Shown in pieces: positions 46,232 through 54,033 of a stretch of DNA of 64,000 nt. The stretch spans positions 9,587 through 73,586 of the forward strand of contig JBBQRQ010000009.1 in NCBI GenBank assembly GCA_038214755.1, written 5' to 3'. Below the pieces are notes generated by a model. That model saw only the letters and a program-made list of their open reading frames with translations, had not been told where the DNA came from and made no database searches. The number at the start of each line of letters is the position of its first letter. Positions within the stretch are counted from its first letter, which is position 1. Both the position numbers and the translations under genes were made by a program. This DNA is from Verrucomicrobiota bacterium. GTDB taxonomy: Bacteria; Verrucomicrobiota; Verrucomicrobiia; Limisphaerales; CANJXF01.

Positions 46232-47086
46232 TTATTTGTTGGACTCGACATGCTTGCCGCGAATTTTCTGCTGATGAAAATCCCACAGGAGCCAATCGTC
46301 ATTCTCCACAAAGCGATTGAGTTTGGAATCCCACTTCTTCGGCAGGCGCTTATTTAATTTTTCGACAAAAGGCAAAAGAGGTCGTTGCGGCGGAAAGCGT
46401 TTCTCATGTTCGTCGAGCGCAATTTCCTGATGCCAACCAAATTTCTCTCGATACTTCGCAAAACCAAAACCATCAAAAAAATTATCGCCGCCGACCAACG
46501 GCAGATACCACAGACTCGGAATGCCTCGCGGATTTTCTTTGATGGGAATTTCCATTTCCAACCGCTTCAACAGGGCCGCGCCCTTCGCATCGTTCCGCAA
46601 ATGTTCCCGCAACTCGTGCAACGTTTGAAATTCCACCGGCGGACTGACAAAAAGAACCGGCTTATGCTGCGTCGTAGCAATGATGATCTCGTGCGGAGTG
46701 CCGACGCTATAAATATTCGTCGGACAATAGGAGATGGCGAAGTCGCTCGTATCCACCATGCGAAGGTCGATGTGCAAGGTCTCCCAAAATTTATTGGCGC
46801 ACCATGCGCGCGTCTCCGCCCCTTTTTTTCCACCCTGATAAGTCCAACGCTCCTTGATGCGGTCTCCGCTCTTCTCATCTTCGCGTCCGTATTCGTGCAA
46901 GCCGCGCACCTCCGGTTTGAACCAAGGATCAAACACAGTCACACCCTTGACTTGAAGAAATTCGCTCACGCGATTGCGCCAGCCAAATTGTTTTTCATTG
47001 GCGCGGGAAGCGACGAAATCCATCGGGCCGGAAAGATACACTCGCGCGCCTTGCAACAAATCCATCTGACGTTTTGAACCAGGCAT
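46232..47086 (-). CDS. nucleoside 2-deoxyribosyltransferase-like domain protein with a C-terminal extension
   Basis: ARVYLSGPMDF near the N-terminus and DLRMVDTSDFAISYCPTNIYSVGTPHEIIIATTQHKPVLFV match the NDT/LOG-like Rossmannoid pattern (xYLAGP..., SD..v......S.GT..E...A...KPV). Start ATG 47086 is preferred over the track start. Confidence 0.5.
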   Translation of the reverse strand: MPGSKRQMDLLQGARVYLSGPMDFVASRANEKQFGWRNRVSEFLQVKGVTVFDPWFKPEVRGLHEYGREDEKSGDRIKERWTYQGGKKGAETRAWCANKFWETLHIDLRMVDTSDFAISYCPTNIYSVGTPHEIIIATTQHKPVLFVSPPVEFQTLHELREHLRNDAKGAALLKRLEMEIPIKENPRGIPSLWYLPLVGGDNFFDGFGFAKYREKFGWHQEIALDEHEKRFPPQRPLLPFVEKLNKRLPKKWDSKLNRFVENDDWLLWDFHQQKIRGKHVESNK

Positions 47087-47304
47087 GGCGCGAAGGATAG
47101 GCAAGCTCAACTCAAGCCGCAACCATGTCGTAAAACTTAGCCGAAGGATTCAGTTGCAACAGAAGGTAACAAAGCGAACGAAGGTAATGGGATTGCGGGC
47201 AAATTCGGCGAAACTTCAACTCAACTCGTTTCGTGCGCCCACAGGCGATTTGAAGGCGAACTCCCGTCCGGTCAATGCTCCGTTTCCTTCTGTAACGGTC
47301 TAAA

Positions 47305-48237
47305 TTATTTGTCGCGGCGCAAAAGATATTCCGCCAACGCTTCCAACGCGTCTGATTTGCCTTTAAAAATTTTTAAACTGGCGAAGGCGCGAGTCGTCAA
47401 TTGTTTCGCCAACGCGCGTGATTTTTCCAAACCCACAATCGAAGGATAAGTTGCCTTTTGCGCGGCAGTGTCTTTGCCGGCGGTCTTGCCGAGTTGCTCG
47501 CTGGTCTGCGTGATGTCAAGAATGTCATCGATGATTTGGAACGCGAGTCCGACGTTGTGACCGAAGTCCGTCAGCGCTTTGAGTTGCGCGGCGGTGCAAT
47601 TGGCGCTCATGCCGCCGAGTCGCGCGGAACAAGTGAGGAGCGCAGAAGTTTTTCGTTCGTGAATATATTTAAGTTGTGTGGCGGAAATTTTCTTTCCTTC
47701 GCCTTCAAGATCGGCGACTTGCCCGGCGATGAGTTGCAATGAACCGGAAGCGCGCGCGAGTTCCAGAATAATTTCTCTGTGTGAATAGCGCGGCCAGCCG
47801 CGAGATTGCGCGGCGATTTCAAAAGCTTGCGTGAGCAGCGCGTCACCAGCGAGCACGGCGATGCCTTCTCCAAAAACTTTGTGGTTCGTCAATTTGCCTC
47901 GGCGAAAATCATCGTTGTCCATCGCGGGCAAATCGTCATGGATGAGCGAATAAGTGTGAATGCACTCGACGGAGCACGCGAGTGGCAGGGCGTCTTTCTC
48001 CGAACCGCCGCAGGCTTCGGCGGCGGCGAGACAAACCGCCGGTCGCATCCGTTTTCCTCCGGCGAAAAGCGAGTAACGCATCGCTTTGTGAATGGTGGAC
48101 GGTTTGGTTTTTTCTGACGGAAGAAATTTGTTTAGAGCGCGGTTCACGGAAAGAGTTCGCTGCTCCAGATATTTTTTTAAATCAAATTGTCCACCAGACA
48201 CGCGCAGCTTTGTAGGCAAAGGAAGTTGGCGGCGCAA
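47305..48237 (-). CDS. ispA: polyprenyl (farnesyl/geranylgeranyl) diphosphate synthase
   Basis: GGKRMRP, FARM LIHDDLPAMDNDDFRRGK, SARM FQIIDDILD, GKTAGKD. The exact start is uncertain (TTG 48237 or GTG 48201). Confidence 0.9.
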   Translation of the reverse strand: MRRQLPLPTKLRVSGGQFDLKKYLEQRTLSVNRALNKFLPSEKTKPSTIHKAMRYSLFAGGKRMRPAVCLAAAEACGGSEKDALPLACSVECIHTYSLIHDDLPAMDNDDFRRGKLTNHKVFGEGIAVLAGDALLTQAFEIAAQSRGWPRYSHREIILELARASGSLQLIAGQVADLEGEGKKISATQLKYIHERKTSALLTCSARLGGMSANCTAAQLKALTDFGHNVGLAFQIIDDILDITQTSEQLGKTAGKDTAAQKATYPSIVGLEKSRALAKQLTTRAFASLKIFKGKSDALEALAEYLLRRDK

Positions 48238-48247
48238 GAACGGAGTC

Positions 48248-48340
48248 GGGTAGCATCTGCCTCCGGCGGGTGCGAAAAGAATTTTTATTTACGGAGATTC
48301 AAAGAAATTTCTTCGCACCCGCCGGAGGCAGATGCTACCC
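48248..48340. repeat. REP-like family A, inverted pair (gggtagcatctgcctccggcgggtgcgaa ... ttcgcacccgccggaggcagatgctaccc)
   Basis: Two perfect 29-nt inverted copies separated by a 35-nt AT-rich spacer. Located between ispA and the DUF2442 gene. Confidence 0.9.
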
Positions 48341-48370
48341 GGAATTGAATAGTTCCGCGACAGCGCATGG

Positions 48371-48673
48371 TTAGCGATTTGCATTGGCACGGCTCCAACG
48401 CCGGGCCGCAGCACGGAAAGCCCCCTCGTGCTCCGGCCAATCGTGAAGCGTGGCCGGGTCGAAGTCGGCCCCACAGGGCCAAACGACGGTGTGAATCTCC
48501 GGGTCGAGCGTGACCTGAGCGAAAGCCGCCGGGTCGCGGAGCGGGCCGTAAAGCTCGCCCTCAAGAATCGGCTCAAAATCAATGGTGCGCGCCAAACCAT
48601 CGTTGAAGCGCAGACGCAGTGAATACGGAGCGATGTGCTCGCAGGAGGTGATTCGGTAAATCGGATGGTTCAT
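48371..48673 (-). CDS. DUF2442 domain protein
   Basis: 100 aa, ..YSLRLRFNDGLARTIDFEPILEGELYGPLRDPAAF..V..D.. Typical partner of DUF4160. Confidence 0.75.
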   Translation of the reverse strand: MNHPIYRITSCEHIAPYSLRLRFNDGLARTIDFEPILEGELYGPLRDPAAFAQVTLDPEIHTVVWPCGADFDPATLHDWPEHEGAFRAAARRWSRANANR

Positions 48674-48682
48674 GGCGCTACT

Positions 48683-48952
48683 CTACATCAAAGGAGTGAT
48701 TGGGGAAGGCTTGCGGCCCTGTTCCAGAAGTGCCCAATCGGCCAGCAACTCTTCCTCGTGCAGCTCGGCCCACGCCTCGACGAGCCGCTGCTGGCGCTGC
48801 GCAATGACGCCGATGATGAGCGTGACCGGCGAAATGGAAAAGACGGCAACGTGCTCACCGTAGTAAGCGTGGAAATGCGGAACGTGGTGGCGCTCCGAAG
48901 GCTCGGAGAACATCCGAATGATGATACCATAAAAGCGTGAGAGTTCGGGCAT
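48683..48952 (-). CDS. DUF4160 domain protein
   Basis: MPELSRFYGIIIRMFSEPSERHHVPHFHAYYGEHVAVFSI is the hallmark N-terminus of DUF4160. Confidence 0.8.
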   Translation of the reverse strand: MPELSRFYGIIIRMFSEPSERHHVPHFHAYYGEHVAVFSISPVTLIIGVIAQRQQRLVEAWAELHEEELLADWALLEQGRKPSPITPLM

Positions 48953-49153
48953 GGCTTGCGATTCGGAGAGAGTTTATCGGCATCATTTCTTGGAGCAAGC
49001 GCGCAAACGCCTAACCTATGATTTTTTTCAATTAAATTCACCGCCCATGAAAGCGTGTCTCGTCGAAATCTTTCAAATCGCCCAGGCGGGTTCTGCGACA
49101 AAGGATTCGAGAACCTGAGAGTCTCTCTGCAACAGTCGAGGAAGACTTTATCC

Positions 49154-49447
49154 TCATTGGATTCGATGTTTCCAATAACCCGGCTCTCGACTACCGTGCG
49201 CTATGGCAACGATGAGAATAAAGTCTTCTTCGATCGTATAGAGAATGGCGTATGGGAAAAGGCGTGTGAGACGGCGACGCACATTTTGTTCGATCAAGCG
49301 CCAACGGTCAGGTGTCTCAAGAATTGTCTTGATCGCGGTTTCGACTTCTACGGTAAACGTTGCCCCAAGACCACGCCGGCGAGCCTCATAAAACGCGGCT
49401 GCTTCTCGGTACTCCAGGCGCGCCTCCGGGTGAAAGTCATATCTCAT
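49154..49447 (-). CDS. RelE/ParE-family type II toxin
   Basis: 97 aa. F.PEARLEYREAAAFYE...FPYAILYTIEEDFILIVAIAHGSREPGYW. 4-nt ATGA overlap with the upstream antitoxin. Confidence 0.8.
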   Translation of the reverse strand: MRYDFHPEARLEYREAAAFYEARRRGLGATFTVEVETAIKTILETPDRWRLIEQNVRRRLTRLFPYAILYTIEEDFILIVAIAHGSREPGYWKHRIQ

Positions 49448-49683
49448 CTTCCGACCAAACGGCGCACTTCAGCCAGCACCTGCTCTCCTGGTATCGGCTG
49501 GACGCGCCCGGATCGAACCTCGTCGCGGCGCCGAACTGCCTCTACGGCCCACAGTTTTTGTATCTCGTCCGTCTCTGCCTCATCCAAACTCTCGACCATC
49601 CGCTCTGCCAAAAGCGCCCGGGACGAAAAGGGAAGTTGCATCGCCTCTTCGGTAAGTTGGTCAACGGTCAATGACATGGGCAA
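49444..49683 (-). CDS. addiction-module antitoxin (Unstab_antitox-like)
   Basis: LTVDQLTEEAMQLPFSSRALLAERMVESLDE...WAVEAVRRRDEVRSGRVQPIPGEQVLAEVRR. Confidence 0.75.
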   Translation of the reverse strand: MPMSLTVDQLTEEAMQLPFSSRALLAERMVESLDEAETDEIQKLWAVEAVRRRDEVRSGRVQPIPGEQVLAEVRRLVGR

Positions 49684-49747
49684 AAGGTATTTGCTCGACG
49701 AAAAAACTCAAGCACGCGATGGCGCGGTCTCGTGAAACAAAATTCTC

Positions 49748-49776
49748 TTCGCACCCGCCGGCGGCAGATGCTACCC
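49748..49776. repeat. REP-like family A, single copy (inverted orientation)
   Basis: ttcgcacccgccggCggcagatgctaccc matches the 48312 copy at 28 of 29 positions. It covers the Uma2 stop codon. Confidence 0.85.
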
Positions 49777-50244
49777 AGCTCGGAAAAGCTCCGCGATTTC
49801 AATGCGCAAATCGGGAAGGAGTTTCTCGATCAGTGTTTCTTTGTTCGCCAGAATTTTTTGCAACGCCAGGCCGTAGGGACTGCCGTGATAAACTTCCACA
49901 TTGTCGTAGCGCGGATCGATCATCCAAAGGCGCGGCAGGCCGGTTTCTTCGTAAATCGATTTTTTCACCACGGTATCGAACCGATGATCGTCGGAATTGA
50001 TAATCTCCGCCGCGAGCCAGAGTCGATTGTTGGCGGTGGTGACGATGGCGAGATCGGGCCGCACCAAAGTGCCGGGCGAAAGTTGGATCACGGAACGCGG
50101 TGAGAGCAAACGTGAACTGGGAATTTCGGTCAAACATTTCGCGATTTGCGCGTGCAAGTGGGAGCAAATTTTTTCGTGGCGCAAACCGGGGGCGCTGCGC
50201 AAAAAAGTTTCGCCTTCGAGAATCTCCTGATACGGCTTAGACAT
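49771..50244 (-). CDS. Uma2-family (DUF820) putative PD-(D/E)xK endonuclease
   Basis: ..LVRPDLAIV...LWLAAEIINSDDHRFDTVVKKSIYEETGLPRLWMIDPRYDNVEVY matches the Uma2 D...E.S....D..K..Y pattern. The start overlaps the uvrA-paralogue stop by 8 nt (ATGTCTAA). Confidence 0.7.
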   Translation of the reverse strand: MSKPYQEILEGETFLRSAPGLRHEKICSHLHAQIAKCLTEIPSSRLLSPRSVIQLSPGTLVRPDLAIVTTANNRLWLAAEIINSDDHRFDTVVKKSIYEETGLPRLWMIDPRYDNVEVYHGSPYGLALQKILANKETLIEKLLPDLRIEIAELFRAG

Positions 50245-53131
50245 TTTTCAGCACTTTTCGCAAAAAACGTCCGGTATGCGATCGCCGGTTGGCCGCGATT
50301 TCTTCGGGCGTCCCTTGCGCCACAATCTCTCCGCCCGCCGTGCCGCCTTCCGGCCCGAGATCGATTACCCAATCGGCTTCCGCAATCAAATCCAGATTGT
50401 GTTCAATCACGATGACGGAATGGCCGGAATCGACGAGGCGCTGCAAAACCTCCACGAGCTTCCGCACGTCGGCCATGTGGAGACCAATCGTCGGTTCTTC
50501 GAGAATAAAAATGGATGAACCTGGCTTGCGCGTCTCTCTTGCTAATTCCAGTTCCGCTTGTTTTTTGGTTTGAATTTTCGCGTCGAGCTTTTGATTTCTA
50601 AAACCGGAGAGCAAATGCGTGACAAGTTTCATCCGCTGCGCCTCACCGCCGCTCAACGTCGGACTGGTTTGCCCGAGCTTGATGTAATCGAGTCCAGTAT
50701 CGCGCAACGCTTCCAGGGGGCGGCGAATTCGCGTTTGCGCCGCAAAAAAATCAATCGCTTCCGCCACGCTGAGATCGAGAATTTGCGCAATATTTTTCCC
50801 GGCAAACTCGACATCCAAAGTTTCTCGGTTGAAGCGACAGCCACCGCACGTTTCGCAACGCACAAACGCTGGCGGTAAAAAATTCATTTCCAGTTTGATC
50901 GTGCCCGCGCCCTCGCATTCGGGGCAGCGGCCTTGCGCGCTGTTGAAAGAAAATCGGCTCGCGGAATAGCCGCGCATCCGCGCTTCCGGCATTTGCGCGA
51001 ACAGTTGGCGGATGTCATCGAAGAAACCGACATAGGTCGCAGGAATCGAACGCGGTGTCCGCCCAATCGGCGCTTGATCCACTTCGTAAACGGATTGGAT
51101 GGATTCAAATCCGCGCAACTTCATGTTTTGCAAAGCAGGAGAATCCGCTGCGGAAGTTTTTTCGGCATTGTTTTTTTTTGATCTCACTTTGGCTTGAAGC
51201 ATCGGCAATAAACATTCGCGCACCAACGTGCTTTTGCCCGAGCCGCTCACGCCGGTGACGACGACAAATCGATTGAGCGGAAAACTCACGGAAAGATTTT
51301 TTAGATTGTGCACCGAAGCGTTTTGAAGCGTGAGCCAATAATTCGTAGCAGCCGAGGTGACGAGGCTCTGACTTTTTCCCCCACCAATTTTTTTTGAAGT
51401 GAGCCTCCTCACGTCGGCTCCTACAGAAACAGGCCGCCGTTTTCCCGAATGAGGGAAACATTTTTTCTCGCGCAAACAAGAGCCTGTGATCGAATCGCGA
51501 TGGCGCATCAATTCTTTCAACGTGCCCGTTGCCACAATTTCTCCGCCGTGAACTCCCGCGCCGGGACCGAGATCAATCACGTGATCGGCGTGACGCATCG
51601 TCTCTTCATCATGCTCGACCACGACAAGCGAATTGCCGCGCGATTTCAGAATCTCCAGCGCGGAAAGAAGTTGTTCGTTGTCGCGGGCGTGCAGACCAAT
51701 CGTCGGCTCGTCAAGAATGTAAAGCACCCCGCTAAGGTTTGAACCGAGTTGCGCCGCGAGGCGAATGCGTTGTGCTTCACCGCCGGACAAAGTCGTCGCG
51801 CCGCGCCCAAGTTGCAGATAACCCAAGCCGACTTCGCAAAGAAATTTCAGGCGCTCGCGAATCTCCGGCAAAATATCGCGGGCGATTTCCTTGTCGCGCC
51901 CTTTGAATTTCAACGTGCAAAAGAATTTTAGCGCGCTATCCACGGAAGCGTTACCGATGTCGATGATCGTAGGGGAGGCTTCCAGCCTGCCCTTTTTGGG
52001 GGCTGCGTGATTTGTGCTCATGGAAGGAATGGGCAGGCTGGAAGCCTGCCCTACGTTTAACCGCACCGTTCGCGCCACGGGATTCAACCTGGCCCCATTG
52101 CACTCAGGGCAAATCTCTCGTTTGCCTTCCTGCCATTCAAACCATGATTCCTCGATGGCGTCGGCGCGCGCGCCTCGCTCGACCTCCGGCAAATAAAAAA
52201 GTTCGCCGAAGCCGCGACACTTCGGACACCAGCCTTGCGAAGAATTGTAGCTAAAATTTTTCGGGTCCAGTTTCTCGAAGGATTGTCCGCACCCGGGACA
52301 AGCACGATGAATCGAGTGGATGGAAACTTTCTGATCGTTCGAGAGGGCGAACAAAGTCCCGTTTCCGAGACGCAATGCTTCGTCGATCAACTGTTGCGCA
52401 GTTTTGGAAAGGGGGGCAGAAGACTTGCCTATTTTTCGGAGGGGCAGGGGAGACGCCTGCCCTACTTTTTTATCGAGGATGCCGACGACGATTTCTACGT
52501 CGTGCTCGCGGAAACGATCCAACCGAAGGCGTTCGCTGGTGGAATAGATTTTTCCATCCGCGCGCACTTCGGCATAGCCATGTTTGGCCGCCCAGGCAGC
52601 AACATCGGTGTGAAAACCTTTTCGGTTTTTCACGACCGGGGCGAGCAGCAGCAAATCGCCGCGCCGCTTCATTTCCTCGCGGAGTTTTTTTCCAAGTTGA
52701 TCGCGGGTTTGCGCTTCGACCGGCAAATCGCAGTCGGGACAATATTGCGTTCCGAGCCGCGCGAAGAGCAGTCGAATGAAATGATAAATTTCCGTGACGG
52801 TCGCGACGGTGCTTTTTCCGCCGCCGCGCGAATTGCGTTGTTCGATGCTGACGGTCGGAGGAATGCCCGTGATCAAATCCACTTCCGGCCGCGAAAGTTG
52901 CTCGACGAATTGACGAACATAAACGTTCATCGAATCCAGGAAACGCCGTTGGCCTTCGGCAAATAAAATGTCGAAAGCCAATGTGCTTTTGCCCGAGCCG
53001 CTGACGCCAGTGATGACAACGAATTGATTTCGCGGAATCGAGACGGACAAATTTTTCAGATTGTGTTCGCGCGCGCCGTGAATGCGAATGGCGTTGTCGG
53101 AGGCCGCGAGAATTTTTCGTCCATTAATCAC
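50237..53131 (-). CDS. uvrA: UvrA-family ABC ATPase (excinuclease subunit A paralogue 1)
   Basis: HGAREHNLKNLSVSIPRNQFVVITGVSGSGKSTLAFDILFAEGQRR. Two Walker A motifs, two LSGGEAQR signatures, Zn-finger Cys pairs. DSMNVYVRQF replaces the canonical ESLSAYARQF. Confidence 0.9.
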   Translation of the reverse strand: MINGRKILAASDNAIRIHGAREHNLKNLSVSIPRNQFVVITGVSGSGKSTLAFDILFAEGQRRFLDSMNVYVRQFVEQLSRPEVDLITGIPPTVSIEQRNSRGGGKSTVATVTEIYHFIRLLFARLGTQYCPDCDLPVEAQTRDQLGKKLREEMKRRGDLLLLAPVVKNRKGFHTDVAAWAAKHGYAEVRADGKIYSTSERLRLDRFREHDVEIVVGILDKKVGQASPLPLRKIGKSSAPLSKTAQQLIDEALRLGNGTLFALSNDQKVSIHSIHRACPGCGQSFEKLDPKNFSYNSSQGWCPKCRGFGELFYLPEVERGARADAIEESWFEWQEGKREICPECNGARLNPVARTVRLNVGQASSLPIPSMSTNHAAPKKGRLEASPTIIDIGNASVDSALKFFCTLKFKGRDKEIARDILPEIRERLKFLCEVGLGYLQLGRGATTLSGGEAQRIRLAAQLGSNLSGVLYILDEPTIGLHARDNEQLLSALEILKSRGNSLVVVEHDEETMRHADHVIDLGPGAGVHGGEIVATGTLKELMRHRDSITGSCLREKKCFPHSGKRRPVSVGADVRRLTSKKIGGGKSQSLVTSAATNYWLTLQNASVHNLKNLSVSFPLNRFVVVTGVSGSGKSTLVRECLLPMLQAKVRSKKNNAEKTSAADSPALQNMKLRGFESIQSVYEVDQAPIGRTPRSIPATYVGFFDDIRQLFAQMPEARMRGYSASRFSFNSAQGRCPECEGAGTIKLEMNFLPPAFVRCETCGGCRFNRETLDVEFAGKNIAQILDLSVAEAIDFFAAQTRIRRPLEALRDTGLDYIKLGQTSPTLSGGEAQRMKLVTHLLSGFRNQKLDAKIQTKKQAELELARETRKPGSSIFILEEPTIGLHMADVRKLVEVLQRLVDSGHSVIVIEHNLDLIAEADWVIDLGPEGGTAGGEIVAQGTPEEIAANRRSHTGRFLRKVLKNV
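51345..51424. repeat. palindromic element translated in-frame within UvrA paralogue 1
   Basis: Arms gtagcagccgaggtgacgaggctc and gagcctcctcacgtcggctcctac. Read as ..VGADVRRLTSKKIGGGKSQSLVTSAATNY.. Confidence 0.8.
51969..52054. repeat. palindromic element (GGGCAGG-N7-CCTGCCCTAC units, inverted pair) in-frame within UvrA paralogue 1
   Basis: gtaggggaggcttccagcctgccc (51969-92) and gggcaggctggaagcctgccctac (52031-54). Read as ..GQASSLPIPSMSTNHAAPKKGRLEASPT.. Confidence 0.8.
52411..52465. repeat. two tandem hairpin units of the same family, in-frame within UvrA paralogue 1
   Basis: ggggggcagaagacttgcc followed by ggggcaggggagacgcctgccctac. Read as ..VGQASPLPLRKIGKSSAPLSK.. Confidence 0.65.
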
Positions 53132-53256
53132 CGGAAACTCTTAACATTCAAAAACGAATTCGCAAAATATCGCGCGAAAAAAAAAGCCGCTGAGAGCGAA
53201 CACTCCCAGCGGCCAGATGTTTGCTACGCCCGACTTGGGCGCGGCACCCAACGCAG

Positions 53257-53415
53257 TTATATTTTTCCCAACAAAACCAGAATCACGATGATGATCAGAA
53301 TGGCACCGATTCCTCCGGTCGGCCCGTAGCCCCACGAGGAACTATATCCCCAAGTGGGAATGACTCCGAGGAGAATGAGTATCAACAGAATGATTAGAAT
53401 TGTTCCCAGTGACAT
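53257..53415 (-). CDS. DUF3309-family small membrane protein (52 aa; below the ORF-track length cutoff)
   Basis: Hand translation gives MSLGTILIILLILILLGVIPTWGYSSSWGYGPTGGIGAILIIIVILVLLGKI*. ATG at 53415, TAA at 53257-59. This is the hallmark DUF3309 pattern. Confidence 0.7.
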   Translation of the reverse strand: MSLGTILIILLILILLGVIPTWGYSSSWGYGPTGGIGAILIIIVILVLLGKI

Positions 53416-53450
53416 AATTGTTCCTTTCGAAAAACCGAATGACGGACGAT

Positions 53451-53771
53451 TTATTTTACAACCAAATCGTTTTTAACGGACTTCACGCCATTGACACTGC
53501 GCGCGATTTCGGCGGCGCGATTTTTCTGAGACATTGTATCCACGAAGCCACTCAACTGGACGCGACCGTTGTAACTTTCCACTTTGACGGCGAGGCCTTT
53601 GACATCTGGGTCGCCCAGAAGGTCGGCTTTGACTTTGGCGGTGACAGATTTGTCATCGATATAGGCTCCCGTGCTCCGATGGGTGCGATCTCCCGCGCAG
53701 CCGCTGTTGAAAACGGCGATACCCAATCCCAAACAAACTACCAAACTGACGCTGGTTAATAATTTTTTCAT
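53451..53771 (-). CDS. BON-domain lipoprotein (OsmY-like)
   Basis: Signal plus lipobox-like ..VFNSGC. BON pattern YIDDKSVTAKVKADLLGDPDVKGLAVKVESYNGRVQLSGFVDTMSQKNRAAEIARSVNGVKSVKNDLVV. Confidence 0.8.
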   Translation of the reverse strand: MKKLLTSVSLVVCLGLGIAVFNSGCAGDRTHRSTGAYIDDKSVTAKVKADLLGDPDVKGLAVKVESYNGRVQLSGFVDTMSQKNRAAEIARSVNGVKSVKNDLVVK

Positions 53772-53950
53772 ATTTTTTTCTACTGCGGCTGCTCTTTTTT
53801 TCCTGAAAAAATTTTTGAAAATATTGGCGCGGCCTGCAATCAGGGCGCGCCTGTTTGGTTTCGACTAGAAAGTAACGGAGGTGAAGTGAGGGATTCCTCG
53901 ACCCGCGGGAGCATCGCAATTTCTTATAAAATGATCGAACGCCGATTAAA

Positions 53951-54021
53951 GGAACGCCGATCTCCAGATCGGCATTGGAACAAGCTATTTTTCCGCGAGC
54001 CGATCAGGAGATCGGCGTTCC
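53951..54021. repeat. 71-bp palindromic element 13 nt downstream of the UvrA-paralogue-2 stop (possible terminator)
   Basis: Arms ggaacgccgatctccagatcggc and gccgatcaggagatcggcgttcc, with one mismatch. Each arm is itself a small hairpin (gccgatc/gatcggc). Confidence 0.8.
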
Positions 54022-54033
54022 GTTGCCTTGCCG

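Noticed and set aside
46385-47077. 230-aa plus-strand ORF opposite the NDT-like gene
   Set aside because: The minus-strand frame carries the recognisable YLSGPM and SVGTPHE..KPV motifs. The plus-strand frame is Arg-rich with no motifs.
47123-47304. Possible further palindromic element (..caacagaaggtaacaaagcgaacgaagg.. / ..ccgtttccttctgtaacgg..) in the spacer upstream of the NDT-like gene
   Set aside because: The arms match over only about 9-12 nt with mismatches, which is too weak to call without a genome-wide census.
49055-49735. 226-aa plus-strand ORF
   Set aside because: It lies antisense to the well-formed ParE/antitoxin pair, which has a 4-nt overlap and family motifs.
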